Assembly: GCA_020632415.1 (NCBI GenBank)
Contig: JACKFO010000002.1
Span: 119,947-183,946, forward strand
Length of the DNA stretch: 64,000 nt
Reading direction: 5' to 3'
From: Candidatus Nomurabacteria bacterium
GTDB taxonomy: Bacteria; Patescibacteriota; Patescibacteriia; UBA1558; GWA2-36-10
The position numbers were made by a program, and so were the translations under genes. The notes below the pieces were generated by a model that did no database searches, had not been told where the DNA came from, and worked only from the letters and a program-made list of their open reading frames with translations. This document shows, piece after piece, positions 18,831 to 29,075 of the stretch. Numbering within the stretch: the first letter of the stretch is position 1; every line of letters starts with the position of its first letter.

Positions 18831-21800
18831 ATGAATTTAGTAAAGAAATTTTCAATCTTTGCTTTAATGATTGCTACAGTGTTCTCAATGTCCGGCGGCG
18901 TTTTATCCGTAAAAGCTGCTGGTAATTATGCTGCTGGTTCTTTACTTGCCCAATCTGGTGTAAGTGGAGCAGCTGTTTATTACATTGGCTCTGATGGCAT
19001 GAAATACGTTTTCCCAGATGTTAAAACTTATAACAGCTGGTACGAAAACTTTGACAATGTGGTTAGAGTATCTGTCGCCGAGTTAGATATGTACGCCGAT
19101 GGTGGTGCTGTCTCAGTTCGTCCAGGTACCAAATTAATCACTCACGAAAACACAGCAAAAATTTACGCTATTGAACCAGGTGGTGTAGCACGTTGGATTC
19201 CAACTGCTGAAGTTGCCGAAGCTTTATACGGCGCTAACTGGGGATCAAGAGTTATGGATGTAATTCCAGGCTTCTTCTCCTCAAGTTATACTGCTGGTTC
19301 TGATTTATCAAACACCTTACCAACTGGTACTATTGCCATGGAACAAGGTGGAAGTACTTATTATTACATTTCTAACGGCACCAAGAGACCATTTAGCTCT
19401 ATGGATGCTTTTGAAGCTAATAACTTCAATTTAGACAATGTTTTAGTAACATCTTTATCTTCATATAGTGCTGGTACATCCATCACTGGTGAAGAAATTG
19501 CTTTATCCGGCTATATGGCCGCTGAAGGTGGTAATGAAGTTGTTAGTGGAAATTTAACAGTGAGTTTAGCTGCTAATACTCCAGCTTCTACCACATTGGT
19601 AAAAGGACAGGCATTAGCTGATTTAGCTCACTTTAATTTTTCAGCATCAAATGCTGGTTCAGTTACAGTAAGAACATTAAAAGTTAAGAGAGTTGGCGTT
19701 TCTGAAGACGCAGACTTAACTTCTATTTATCTTTATGATGGATCAAATAGATTGACTGATAATGTTAGTGTTTCAAACAACTATGCAACATTTAATGATG
19801 CTAGTGGTTTATTCACTATTCCAGCTGGTACTACAAAAACTATTTCTGTTAAAGCAAACATTTATAGTTCAGCTAATGCTGGCTCAACAGTTGCTTTAGA
19901 AGTAGAAGCTGCTGGAGATGTAACTTCTAACTCAAGTTCAGTTGGTGGTTCATTCCCAGTTATGGGCAATACCCATACTATTGCTACTGCTACTTTAGCT
20001 GGCGTAGCTTTGGCTGGTACAACCTATCCAACAGCAAGTACTGTTGATGCTGGTGAAACAGAATACACAGTTTGGAAAAATAGTGTTAGTGTAACACAAA
20101 GATCTGCTAGTCTTGAATATTTGAGACTAAGAAATGTTGGTTCAATTGCTAACAACGATCTACAAAATTTAAAATTATTTGTAGACGGCGTACAAGCAGG
20201 TACATCACAGGCCACTTTGGATAGTGATGGCTATGTTACATTTGATTTAACTGGTTCCCCGGTAACTTTAACTACTGGCACTCGCGTAATCGAGGTCAGA
20301 GCTGATATTGTTGGCGGTTCTTCCAAGACATTCCAAATGTCTTTACGCTATGCTGTTGATGTAGTTGTAAAAGATACTCAATACAACGCTTACGTAACTG
20401 CTTCTGGTACTTTACCAGCCTCAGCTACAAGCGCTACTGTAAATTCTGGTAGTTTAACCGTTACCAAAATGACAGATTCTCCATCGGGCAATGTTCAAAA
20501 AGATGCTTCAGGTGTAACCTTGGCTTCTTATGAATTAAAGGCTTATGGTGAAAGTATTAAGATTGAACACTTACGTGTTACAGCCACTTCTACAAATGAC
20601 CAATCAATTAGTCAATTGAGAAATGGTGCTTTATTTGCTGACGGTGTACAAATTGGTTCTACGGCAGATATTCATATTGATGAAGCTGGCACTGATACAG
20701 TAACTGCAACTTATACTGATTACAACCTAGGTTCTTCCTTAATTGTAAATCCTGGTACCCCAGTTACTTTGGAAGTAAAGGCTGATATTTATGATAACGA
20801 TGGTACAAATAATATCACCGCAGGTGATTATTTGAAGGTAACATTGTCAACTTATACATCTGGTGCACAAAGAATGAGTTCATTAGGTTATATTGACGTA
20901 CCTACAAACTCAGTTGATGGCGGTACAGTTTCAGTAGTTACCGGTTCATTGAGTGTTGCTAAGAATACTTCTTATGGCAACCAGAACACAATTGATGATT
21001 TGTCAGCTTATAAGTTGGGATCATTTATTGTTTCTGCTACCGAAGGTGAAGATGTAAATATTAGTCAATTTACAGTTGGTGTTACTTATACAGATACCGT
21101 TTCTGATAGTGATACAGCTGCAACTACCTTGTCTGATATGTATTTGGTTTATGGTGATAATACTACAAATCCAAGAGGAACTGTTTCTGCTAGTAGCAAT
21201 AATTTCTCTGTAAATTATGTCATGCCAAATAACACTCAGATGCAGGTTGATGTTTATGCCAATGTAAACAATACTCCTGATGCTACAGATATAGTTTCGA
21301 CAACCTTGGCAGTTTCTGGTACAACAGCTGGTTCTGGTACCAATGCTGATGTTACAGCAGTATCTGGACAGACAATTACATTCCAAGATGGTTCAATCAC
21401 AGCCGCTGTTGATCCAACTACCGCGGTAACTGATATTGCTATTGCCGGTGGTTCTACAACTGCTGCTAAATTTAAATTAACAACTCAATATGCTCCTATT
21501 GTCTTGAAAGACTTTACCGTTAAAATGGTAACAGCTTCCAGTTCAAGAAGTGTTATGGGTGCTAAATTAGATTTAGATAACGATGGCATCGCTGATACTC
21601 CAAGAGTAAGCTTTGTTTATAATGCTGCGACTAATGCAAATTATGCTGCCTTCACAGGTTTGAATAACAACGTAGCGGCTAATACAAACAAAACTATCGG
21701 TGTTATTTTGGACTTGAATGACGTTATTGACAACGGCACATCTGGCGATGATGTAAAAGTAAACTTCTACAGTTACAAATACTCAATCGGTGGTGTAGAT

Positions 21801-22553
21801 ACAACAGCAACTCCTTCAAGTTTGAACGGTAATTCAATTTATGTACGTAACACTAAACCAACTGTTACCCAAGTAAGTACTGGTGGTACATTGACCAACG
21901 GTGCCGAAATGGATGTTTACAAGTTTACAGTAACAGCTGATCAAAATGCTAATGTTTCATTAAAACAAATGAAATATGCTGCTACTTTGACAGATGTTTC
22001 TACAACAGCTAACACATTGACATTGGGTAGTTGGAGATTCTTCCGTGGCTCTACAGATATCACTGATAGTGTATCTATAGAAAATGCTACAGGAACAGCT
22101 CCTGTAAGTTTGAAGTCTGGTGGAACAGCTTTTGCAGAAGGTGATACTACTGCAATCGTTAGATTCAGCACAGAAGAAGTTATCGAGGCTGGTGCTTCAG
22201 TAACTTATACTATCAAAGCTACTCCAAGTGGCTTTACCACTGCTTCTGACGATGATTATTTCACTATTCAAATGAGTGGTGATGCATCAGCTGCTACTGC
22301 TGGTAATGTTTACTTGCAAGACTCAGATGCAACGTCAAGTGAATATATCGCTGGCTTAGGTGCTGGTGATACCGATGATAGTGTACAAGCGGCCAACTTT
22401 ATCTGGTCAGACAATTCCAAGGTTTTGCATAATGCAACTTTGGCAGACACTACATCAGGCACTTCTGCTGCCTCAACTTCATCTGGAGATTGGACAAATG
22501 GTTATTTGATCAAGGATAACTTGCCAAGTAATTCAGTTCAATGGGTATACTAA
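18831..22553 (+). CDS. large secreted, signal-peptide-bearing Thr/Ser/Gly/Ala/Val/Asn-rich repeat protein; candidate S-layer or adhesin
   Basis: The signal peptide is MNLVKKFSIFALMIATVFSMSGGVLSVKAAG. Two N-terminal YYI(G/S)xxG.K..F...F..DNV repeats follow. After them come tandem divergent ~100-aa beta-rich modules recurring as ...L(Y/F)xDGV...V.F... The upstream ORF start at 18789 is TTG, so the ATG at 18831 is preferred. Confidence 0.75.
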   Translation: MNLVKKFSIFALMIATVFSMSGGVLSVKAAGNYAAGSLLAQSGVSGAAVYYIGSDGMKYVFPDVKTYNSWYENFDNVVRVSVAELDMYADGGAVSVRPGTKLITHENTAKIYAIEPGGVARWIPTAEVAEALYGANWGSRVMDVIPGFFSSSYTAGSDLSNTLPTGTIAMEQGGSTYYYISNGTKRPFSSMDAFEANNFNLDNVLVTSLSSYSAGTSITGEEIALSGYMAAEGGNEVVSGNLTVSLAANTPASTTLVKGQALADLAHFNFSASNAGSVTVRTLKVKRVGVSEDADLTSIYLYDGSNRLTDNVSVSNNYATFNDASGLFTIPAGTTKTISVKANIYSSANAGSTVALEVEAAGDVTSNSSSVGGSFPVMGNTHTIATATLAGVALAGTTYPTASTVDAGETEYTVWKNSVSVTQRSASLEYLRLRNVGSIANNDLQNLKLFVDGVQAGTSQATLDSDGYVTFDLTGSPVTLTTGTRVIEVRADIVGGSSKTFQMSLRYAVDVVVKDTQYNAYVTASGTLPASATSATVNSGSLTVTKMTDSPSGNVQKDASGVTLASYELKAYGESIKIEHLRVTATSTNDQSISQLRNGALFADGVQIGSTADIHIDEAGTDTVTATYTDYNLGSSLIVNPGTPVTLEVKADIYDNDGTNNITAGDYLKVTLSTYTSGAQRMSSLGYIDVPTNSVDGGTVSVVTGSLSVAKNTSYGNQNTIDDLSAYKLGSFIVSATEGEDVNISQFTVGVTYTDTVSDSDTAATTLSDMYLVYGDNTTNPRGTVSASSNNFSVNYVMPNNTQMQVDVYANVNNTPDATDIVSTTLAVSGTTAGSGTNADVTAVSGQTITFQDGSITAAVDPTTAVTDIAIAGGSTTAAKFKLTTQYAPIVLKDFTVKMVTASSSRSVMGAKLDLDNDGIADTPRVSFVYNAATNANYAAFTGLNNNVAANTNKTIGVILDLNDVIDNGTSGDDVKVNFYSYKYSIGGVDTTATPSSLNGNSIYVRNTKPTVTQVSTGGTLTNGAEMDVYKFTVTADQNANVSLKQMKYAATLTDVSTTANTLTLGSWRFFRGSTDITDSVSIENATGTAPVSLKSGGTAFAEGDTTAIVRFSTEEVIEAGASVTYTIKATPSGFTTASDDDYFTIQMSGDASAATAGNVYLQDSDATSSEYIAGLGAGDTDDSVQAANFIWSDNSKVLHNATLADTTSGTSAASTSSGDWTNGYLIKDNLPSNSVQWVY

Positions 22554-22580
22554 TTTAATTAATTAGTTATACAAAGAAAC

Positions 22581-22606
22581 AAAAAACCGCCATTTGGCGG
22601 TTTTTT
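22581..22606. terminator. bidirectional rho-independent terminator
   Basis: AAAAAA CCGCC attt GGCGG TTTTTT lies between convergent genes. Confidence 0.85.
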
Positions 22607-22627
22607 GTTTCTCTTTTTTAATATAAT

Positions 22628-23839
22628 TTAAAACAACCTCAAGTATATCTCCTCGATTTTTTCTAAAGTTTGTGTTAAGCTGAAATTTTTTTCAATGTTT
22701 TCTTTATTTTTTTTAGCTAACTTAGTAGCCAAATTATCATCGGCGGCTAATGTTTTTATTGCTTTTAATAAAGACGGGGGATTAGCAGGGGTTGTTAATA
22801 AACCAGTTTCTTGATTAGTGATGATTTCCGGAATACCACCAACATTACTGGCAATAGTCGGCACGCCGGCTAAACCCGCTTCTAAAATAGTATAAGGCAA
22901 GCCTTCTTTGACTGACGGCAAAATAAAATAGTCAAAAGCTTTGAGATATTTCCAGTCATTATCTTCTGACTTGATGATTTTGATATACTCTTCAAGCTTA
23001 CTTTCTTGAATTTTGTTTTTGATATTTTCTTCTTCTGGACCATCGCCAATAAAAATAAATTGGTGATTTTTTAATAACCCAGATTTTTCCGCCAGAGGCG
23101 GATCAGCCTTTGGCTGATCTTCTTTTAACAATTTAATCGCTTCAATCAAATAAGTATGCCCTTTGGTCTTATAAAAACTAGCAATTGTCCCAAAATATTT
23201 TTTATCATACTCCAAGGCTAATTTTTCTCTGGCCTGTTCTCGGTTTAAAAAATCATATTCTGAAAAATTTAAGCCATTATGAATGGTGATCATTTTATTT
23301 GGGTTGCAGATTTTATTTTCAATAGCACTTTGACGATCAAAGTCAGAAACAGTAATAATTGCATTTTCAAGGCTAGTGGAAAATTTTTCAGAGATTTTAT
23401 AAACAGTTTTTTCAATTTTGGCCAGCGGCTCATTAAAAACAAAACCATGAGCAGTATAGACTGTTCTTAGGCGCATGTTTAGAGGATTGAGGTTATGTAG
23501 CTTAGCAGCGATTGCGCCCAATAGACCGGCTTTTGAGCTGTTTAGGTGGACTAGATTATAGTTTTCTTTGGCTAGTAATTTTTTGATCTCAAAAATAGCA
23601 TTAACTTCTTTTGTTGGCTCAATTTTACGGACAAGGTTTTTTAAAGGAATGGTTTTAACACCGATTTTCTTAGCTTGGGTTAAAAATCTTTGATTTTGTT
23701 CAGTTATTTCACCAAAAGCTAGATGAACTTCGTTATTTTTAGCAAAATATTGAGCTAACTCTAGCACATATTTTTGTGCGCCACCCCATTTTGTCTGGGT
23801 AACTAGGTAGAGGATTTTTTTATTTTTGAGGTTTTTCAT
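22628..23839 (-). CDS. glycosyltransferase family 4 (GT-B fold)
   Basis: The C-terminus FILPSVKEGLPYTILEAGLAGVPTIASNVGGIPEII..ETGLL is GT4/EX7E-like. Confidence 0.85.
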   Translation of the reverse strand: MKNLKNKKILYLVTQTKWGGAQKYVLELAQYFAKNNEVHLAFGEITEQNQRFLTQAKKIGVKTIPLKNLVRKIEPTKEVNAIFEIKKLLAKENYNLVHLNSSKAGLLGAIAAKLHNLNPLNMRLRTVYTAHGFVFNEPLAKIEKTVYKISEKFSTSLENAIITVSDFDRQSAIENKICNPNKMITIHNGLNFSEYDFLNREQAREKLALEYDKKYFGTIASFYKTKGHTYLIEAIKLLKEDQPKADPPLAEKSGLLKNHQFIFIGDGPEEENIKNKIQESKLEEYIKIIKSEDNDWKYLKAFDYFILPSVKEGLPYTILEAGLAGVPTIASNVGGIPEIITNQETGLLTTPANPPSLLKAIKTLAADDNLATKLAKKNKENIEKNFSLTQTLEKIEEIYLRLF

Positions 23840-23891
23840 AGGTTTTTGTCTAATATTAGCTAAAATTAAAGTTGCTATTTTGTCCTGATTT

Positions 23892-23900
23892 TGTTATAAT
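23892..23900 (+). promoter_or_regulatory. extended -10 promoter element (TGTTATAAT) for the plus-strand GT operon
   Basis: TGnTATAAT lies about 35 nt upstream of the ATG at 23935. The region is divergent to the minus-strand GT gene. Confidence 0.45.
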
Positions 23901-23934
23901 TTTATAGTATTTATAGGATAAAAACAAGCTTTTC

Positions 23935-25080
23935 ATGCCTAAAATTCTTATTTTTTCCATTGCCTATCATCCTTTTATTGGCGGAGCAGAAATAGCGGTC
24001 AAAGAGGTTACTGATCGTTTACCTGATTTTGAGTATTATTTGATTACTAATAAATTTGATGCTAATTGGCTAGATGAAGAAAAAATTGGTAATATTAATG
24101 TTAGAAGAGTTGGAAATGGCAAAAAGATAGATAAATATTTTTATCCGTTTAGAGCTTTTCGTTATGCTTGGCGTTTGAATAAGCTAGTAAAATTTGATTT
24201 TGTTTGGAGCATCATGGCCTTTTATGCTGGGGCAACAGCTTTGTTTTTTAGGTATTTTAGCAAAATTCCGTATTTACTTACTTTGCAAAGTGGCGATAGT
24301 GATCAGTTTTTAAAGAAAAGAACTTGGTGGTGGAGTTTTTGGTACAAAAGAATTTATCGTCGTGCCAAATTAACACAGGTGATCAGCAAATACTTAGGAG
24401 AGCGATCTCGCAAAATGGGAAATAAAGGAGAAATTATTTTGATTCCTAATGGTGTTGATTTAAATTTGTTTCAAGCTAATTTGAGCATTGAAGAAAAAAT
24501 AGCCTTAAAAAGATCATTGGGTATTAGTGCTGATGATTTTGTTTTAATTTCCGCTTCACGTTTGGTTTTTAAAAATGCTATTGACGATCTAATTAAAGCT
24601 GTTAATTTTTTACTTTACAAGAGTGGCTTAAAAGTAAAATTAATTTTAATCGGTTCTGGTCCAGATGAACAGCCTTTAAAAAATCTAGCTCAACAACAAG
24701 GTGTAGCAGAAAATGTTATTTTTTTAGGACATAAACATTATTCTGAATTGCCAAGATATTTACAGTTGGCTGACGTATTTATTCGTCCTTCTTTGTCAGA
24801 GGGATTAGGCAGTGCTTTTTTGGAAAGCATGGCTGTCGGTACGCCGATCATTGGGACTGAGGTTGGTGGTATTCCAGATTTTTTAAAAAACGAAGAAACC
24901 GGTTTGTTTTGTGAGGTGAATAATCCAAGTTCTATTGCTTCTGCTGTTGAAAAATATGCCAAAAATCCAGAATTATATCAAAAGGTAAAAAATAATGGTC
25001 TAAAATTAGTTCCAGAAAAATATGATTGGGATTCCGTGGCTTTAAAAATGGCTAAATTATTTGAAAAAATGATTAATTAA
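23935..25080 (+). CDS. glycosyltransferase family 4
   Basis: FIRPSLSEGLGSAFLESMAVGTPIIGTEVGGIPDFLKNEETGLF. Confidence 0.85.
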   Translation: MPKILIFSIAYHPFIGGAEIAVKEVTDRLPDFEYYLITNKFDANWLDEEKIGNINVRRVGNGKKIDKYFYPFRAFRYAWRLNKLVKFDFVWSIMAFYAGATALFFRYFSKIPYLLTLQSGDSDQFLKKRTWWWSFWYKRIYRRAKLTQVISKYLGERSRKMGNKGEIILIPNGVDLNLFQANLSIEEKIALKRSLGISADDFVLISASRLVFKNAIDDLIKAVNFLLYKSGLKVKLILIGSGPDEQPLKNLAQQQGVAENVIFLGHKHYSELPRYLQLADVFIRPSLSEGLGSAFLESMAVGTPIIGTEVGGIPDFLKNEETGLFCEVNNPSSIASAVEKYAKNPELYQKVKNNGLKLVPEKYDWDSVALKMAKLFEKMIN

Positions 25081-25154
25081 GAATATGCAATTTTTATTTA
25101 TTTATGGTGCTTTAATTATCTTGTCTTTAATTTTTCAGCAAAATTTTTAATTTT

Positions 25155-26285
25155 ATGAAAATATTAATTGCTACCGGAATATTTATCCCAGAAGTTGGTG
25201 GGCCAGCAACTTATATTTTTAATTTAGCCAAAGAATTAATCGGCTCAGGTCATCAAATAATAATAGTCACATATTCAGATCAAAATATTTATGACTTAGA
25301 TCAAGACTTGCCTTATCAAGTGGTGCGGGTTAAAAGAAAATCAGGATTTTTTGGTAAATTTTTAAATTATTATAATTATTACAAAAAATTAAAAGAAATT
25401 TACTCTAAAGAGAATTTTGATATTGTATATTCTTTTGATCATTTTAGCGCTGGCATTCCAGTAAGCATCTTGGCTAAAAAAATAAAGAAACCAATAATTA
25501 TTCGAGTTGGCGGAGATTTTATTTGGGAACGATATTTATCTTACGCTAAGAAGCCGGTTACTTTAAGGGAGTTTTATCAACGAAGTTTTCATTTAAAATA
25601 TGAAAACATTAGGTTTAATTTAATCAGAAAAGTTTTTTCACAAGCAGATAAGATAGTTTTTACTACGCAATTTCAAAAAGAAATTTTTGCTCAGTATTAT
25701 AAATTGCCTGGCAGTAAGTTAGTCTTATTAAATAATCCTATTAACACAGCAATTAAATCAATAGAAAGAAATAATTTTAATCATAATATTATTTTTCATG
25801 GCCGAATAAATAAGAAAAATAATGTTAGTTTTTTGATCAAAGCTTTTTCGCAAATGCAAAATAAAGATTTTTCTTTACAAATTATTGGCGATGGCCCAGA
25901 AAAAAGTCAGTTAGAAAATTTAGTTGCCGAACTAAAATTAAACAATGTTATTTTTTTAGGTAGTTTATCCCGAGAAGAAACCTACCAGAAATTATCCAGA
26001 GCTTATTTAGCTGTTTATCCGAGTCTGACAGATATTAGTCCCAATGGTTTATTGGAAAGCTTACAGCTCAAGGTGCCGTTTGTCTGCACTACAGAAATTG
26101 GCTTTGATTGGCTAGCTGGTAAAGTAAAAATGTTTAGTCCACAAAAAATTGAGGAACTAATAAAAATTCTAGATGATTTGTCAATTTTAGATAATTATCA
26201 AGCATATCAAGGTAATTTAAATAAGATTGATTATCATTATAATTACTCACAATTAGCAGAAGATACCGTTAAAATTTTAAAGTAA
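25155..26285 (+). CDS. glycosyltransferase family 4-like
   Basis: The N-terminus MKILIATGIFIPEVGGPATY is GT4 N-domain-like. The C-terminus has LAVYPSLTDISPNGLLESL. Confidence 0.75.
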   Translation: MKILIATGIFIPEVGGPATYIFNLAKELIGSGHQIIIVTYSDQNIYDLDQDLPYQVVRVKRKSGFFGKFLNYYNYYKKLKEIYSKENFDIVYSFDHFSAGIPVSILAKKIKKPIIIRVGGDFIWERYLSYAKKPVTLREFYQRSFHLKYENIRFNLIRKVFSQADKIVFTTQFQKEIFAQYYKLPGSKLVLLNNPINTAIKSIERNNFNHNIIFHGRINKKNNVSFLIKAFSQMQNKDFSLQIIGDGPEKSQLENLVAELKLNNVIFLGSLSREETYQKLSRAYLAVYPSLTDISPNGLLESLQLKVPFVCTTEIGFDWLAGKVKMFSPQKIEELIKILDDLSILDNYQAYQGNLNKIDYHYNYSQLAEDTVKILK

Positions 26286-26289
26286 TTAA

Positions 26290-27366
26290 ATGAAAGTTTT
26301 AAATCTTAGTTTAGATCAAAAAATATTAGATAAAGAATCCGCAGTTTCCAAGCGAGCCATTTTGTATGGCCAAAAACTAGACAAATATTTTGTAGTGGCC
26401 ATTGGAGATAACAAGGAATTGCAATTATCTGATAAAATAAAGGTGTGTGGTGTTAGCGGGCAGAATAAAATATTTTCTTTTTTTAAATTAAGAAATTATC
26501 TAAGAAAATTATTAGCTCAAGAGCAATTTGATTTGATTACCATTCAAGATGCTTATTTTTTGGCTTTTTTGGGATTGTGCTTAGCAAAAAAATATCATTT
26601 AAAATCAGAAATTCAAGTTCACGGTTTTGAAAAGTTGAGCGGCATTAGAAAGTTTTTAGCTAAAAAGAATTTATCGCGAGCAGATTTGCTTAGAGTAGTG
26701 AGCCAGAGATTAAAAAATCAATTAGTTAAAGATTTTGGAGTGTCAGCAGAGAAAGTGTATATTGCGCCAGTTGCTGTTGACAAATTAAAGATTGAAAATA
26801 GTCAAGCAAATTTACAATTAAAACAAAAATATTATGGCAAATTCATTTTTTTGACGGTAGGGCGCTTAGTGCCAGTCAAAAAAATTGCTCTACAAATACA
26901 AGCTTTAGCCCAGTTAGATAACAAAAAAGTTCAATTATTGATAGTTGGTCAAGGTCCGGAAAAAAAACACTTACAAGACTTAGTTCAAGAACATTCTTTG
27001 CAGGCTCAAGTTGATTTTTTTGATTGGTCGGATGATATTGGTAGTTTTTATAAAATAGCAGATTGTTTTTTGTTGACTTCTCAGAGCGAAGGCTACGGCA
27101 TGGTCATAGCGGAGGCTGTATCAGTGAATTTGCCAGTGATTACGACTGACGTTGGCGTGGCTGGCGACTTGGTAGAGGATGGAACGAATGGCTTTATTGT
27201 TCCAATAAACGATTTAGAGACATTGAAGCGAAAAATGGAACTAATAGTTAGTAATAGTGATTTATTATCTAAATTTAGAAATAATACTAGCAAATTTAAA
27301 GATAAGATTTTAGATCAAGAAGAATTAAGGTCAAAAATTATAAGTAATTGGAAAAATCTTTTATGA
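26290..27366 (+). CDS. glycosyltransferase family 4
   Basis: FLLTSQSEGYGMVIAEAVSVNLPVITTDVGVAGDLVEDGTNGFIV. The stop codon is TGA. Confidence 0.85.
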   Translation: MKVLNLSLDQKILDKESAVSKRAILYGQKLDKYFVVAIGDNKELQLSDKIKVCGVSGQNKIFSFFKLRNYLRKLLAQEQFDLITIQDAYFLAFLGLCLAKKYHLKSEIQVHGFEKLSGIRKFLAKKNLSRADLLRVVSQRLKNQLVKDFGVSAEKVYIAPVAVDKLKIENSQANLQLKQKYYGKFIFLTVGRLVPVKKIALQIQALAQLDNKKVQLLIVGQGPEKKHLQDLVQEHSLQAQVDFFDWSDDIGSFYKIADCFLLTSQSEGYGMVIAEAVSVNLPVITTDVGVAGDLVEDGTNGFIVPINDLETLKRKMELIVSNSDLLSKFRNNTSKFKDKILDQEELRSKIISNWKNLL

Positions 27367-28400
27367 AACTATTGATCATTACGCAAATTGTGGATCAGAA
27401 TGACGCTGTTTTAGGATTTTTTCATAATTGGCTTTTAAAATTTTCTAAAAAATTTGAGCAGATAACTGTGATTTGTTTGCAAAAAGGAGAATGTAATTTA
27501 CCTGACAATGTAAAAGTTTTGTCTTTAGGTAAAGAGAAGAAAGTCTCACGTTTGCAGTATTTAATAAATTTTTATAAGTATCTTTGGCGAGAAAGAAAAA
27601 ATTATGACACTGTTTTTGTTCACATGAACCAAGAGTATGTTGTTTTAGCTGGGTTAATTTGGCGTATTTTTGGTAAAAAAATTGTCATGTGGCGCAATCA
27701 TCCTTATGGTAATTTTATGACCCGCTTGGCCATTTTTTTATCTAATAAAGTTTTATGTACATCAAAGGAGTCTTTTACTGCTAAATTCAGTAAAACAAAA
27801 ATAATGCCAGTTGGAGTAGATACTGATTTTTTCCAAAAAATATCAGAAAAAAAGGATGAAAATTCGATTTTATTTTTAAGTAGAATATCGAGCTATAAAA
27901 ATGCGGAGACTCTGATCAATGCTTTGGATATTTTACAAAAAAAATCGGTTAATTTTACGGCTAGCTTTATAGGAGACGCGCCTAAGAATTCTGTTGGCTT
28001 AAAAAAAGAATTAATAAACAAGACACAATCGTTGCACTTAGACTCAAAAGTTCAATGGTTGCCTGGCGTAAGTAATGAGCAAACTGTTTTTATATATAAT
28101 CAATTCGAGATATTTGTAAATGACACGACGCCAGGTAGTTTTGACAAGACAATTTTAGAGGCGATGTCCTGTCAGACTTTGACTTTAGCTTCAAATCCTT
28201 CGTTGCGTGATAGTTTGCCTGAGGAATTATTTTTTGAACATAAAAATGCTGTAGACTTGGCTAGTAAAATAGAAAATATTTTTAATCAGTCAGCAGAACA
28301 TAAGCGAGAGCTAGTTAAGAAATTAAGAAAAATAGTCATTGATAAGTACAGTTTGAACAATTTAGTGCACGAGTTAAATAAAATTTTTAATAATTTATAA
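27363..28400 (+). CDS. GT-B glycosyltransferase (GT1/GT4-like)
   Basis: It overlaps the upstream gene as ATGA. The C-terminus has FVNDTTPGSFDKTILEAMSC. The alternative TTG start is at 27348. Confidence 0.65.
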   Translation: MKLLIITQIVDQNDAVLGFFHNWLLKFSKKFEQITVICLQKGECNLPDNVKVLSLGKEKKVSRLQYLINFYKYLWRERKNYDTVFVHMNQEYVVLAGLIWRIFGKKIVMWRNHPYGNFMTRLAIFLSNKVLCTSKESFTAKFSKTKIMPVGVDTDFFQKISEKKDENSILFLSRISSYKNAETLINALDILQKKSVNFTASFIGDAPKNSVGLKKELINKTQSLHLDSKVQWLPGVSNEQTVFIYNQFEIFVNDTTPGSFDKTILEAMSCQTLTLASNPSLRDSLPEELFFEHKNAVDLASKIENIFNQSAEHKRELVKKLRKIVIDKYSLNNLVHELNKIFNNL

Positions 28401-28403
28401 TTT

Positions 28404-29075
28404 ATGGAAAATAATTCTACCCAAAATATTTATGAAAAACATCATCAAAACAGCAGAGAATCTGGCTTTAGCATTTTAGAAAAAGAAAGAGGAATTTTAC
28501 TTAAAGAAATTATTGGCGAAAATAAAAAAGTTTTAGATATTGGTTGTAGAGATGGCGCTTTGACTAAATATTTTTCTGAAAAAAATGATGTTACTGGAGT
28601 AGATATTGATAATTTGTCTTTAGCTAAGGCAGCAAAAAATTTAGGAATTAAAACTTCTTTTGTTGATTTAAACGGTGATTGGAGAGAGCTAAAAGAAGAA
28701 AAATTTGATTTTGTTGTTGCTGGTGAAATTTTGGAACATCTTTATCATCCGGAAAAAATTATTCAACAAGTTATAAAATATTTAGATCAAGGCGGCTTAT
28801 TTTTAGGTTCTGTTCCAAATGCTTTTAGTCTTAAAAATAGACTCAGATATTTAAAGGGATCAAAGAGATTTACGCCTCTTTCTGATCCAACTCACATCAA
28901 TCATTTTAGCTATAATGAATTAAAAAAGATATTTGAAAAATATTTTTTACAAGTGGAAATAATTGGTTTAGGTAGATATTCTTGGCTAGCAAAAAAATTT
29001 CCAAATTTTTTTGCTTTTGATTTATTTTTTAAAGTAAGTAGTTTTCAAAATGAAAAAAATATTAGTAGTAATTAA
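28404..29075 (+). CDS. class I SAM-dependent methyltransferase
   Basis: Motif I is VLDIGCRDGALT. The post-I region is FDFVVAGEILEHL. Confidence 0.8.
   Translation: MENNSTQNIYEKHHQNSRESGFSILEKERGILLKEIIGENKKVLDIGCRDGALTKYFSEKNDVTGVDIDNLSLAKAAKNLGIKTSFVDLNGDWRELKEEKFDFVVAGEILEHLYHPEKIIQQVIKYLDQGGLFLGSVPNAFSLKNRLRYLKGSKRFTPLSDPTHINHFSYNELKKIFEKYFLQVEIIGLGRYSWLAKKFPNFFAFDLFFKVSSFQNEKNISSN

Noticed and set aside
21021-21386. A Cys-rich 121-aa minus-strand ORF inside the giant surface-protein gene. ORFs 20024-20215 and 21941-22171 are of the same kind.
   Set aside because: They are an artefact of reading the reverse complement of ACN/GCN/GGN-rich Thr/Ala/Gly codons. There is no start context. They overlap a high-confidence CDS.
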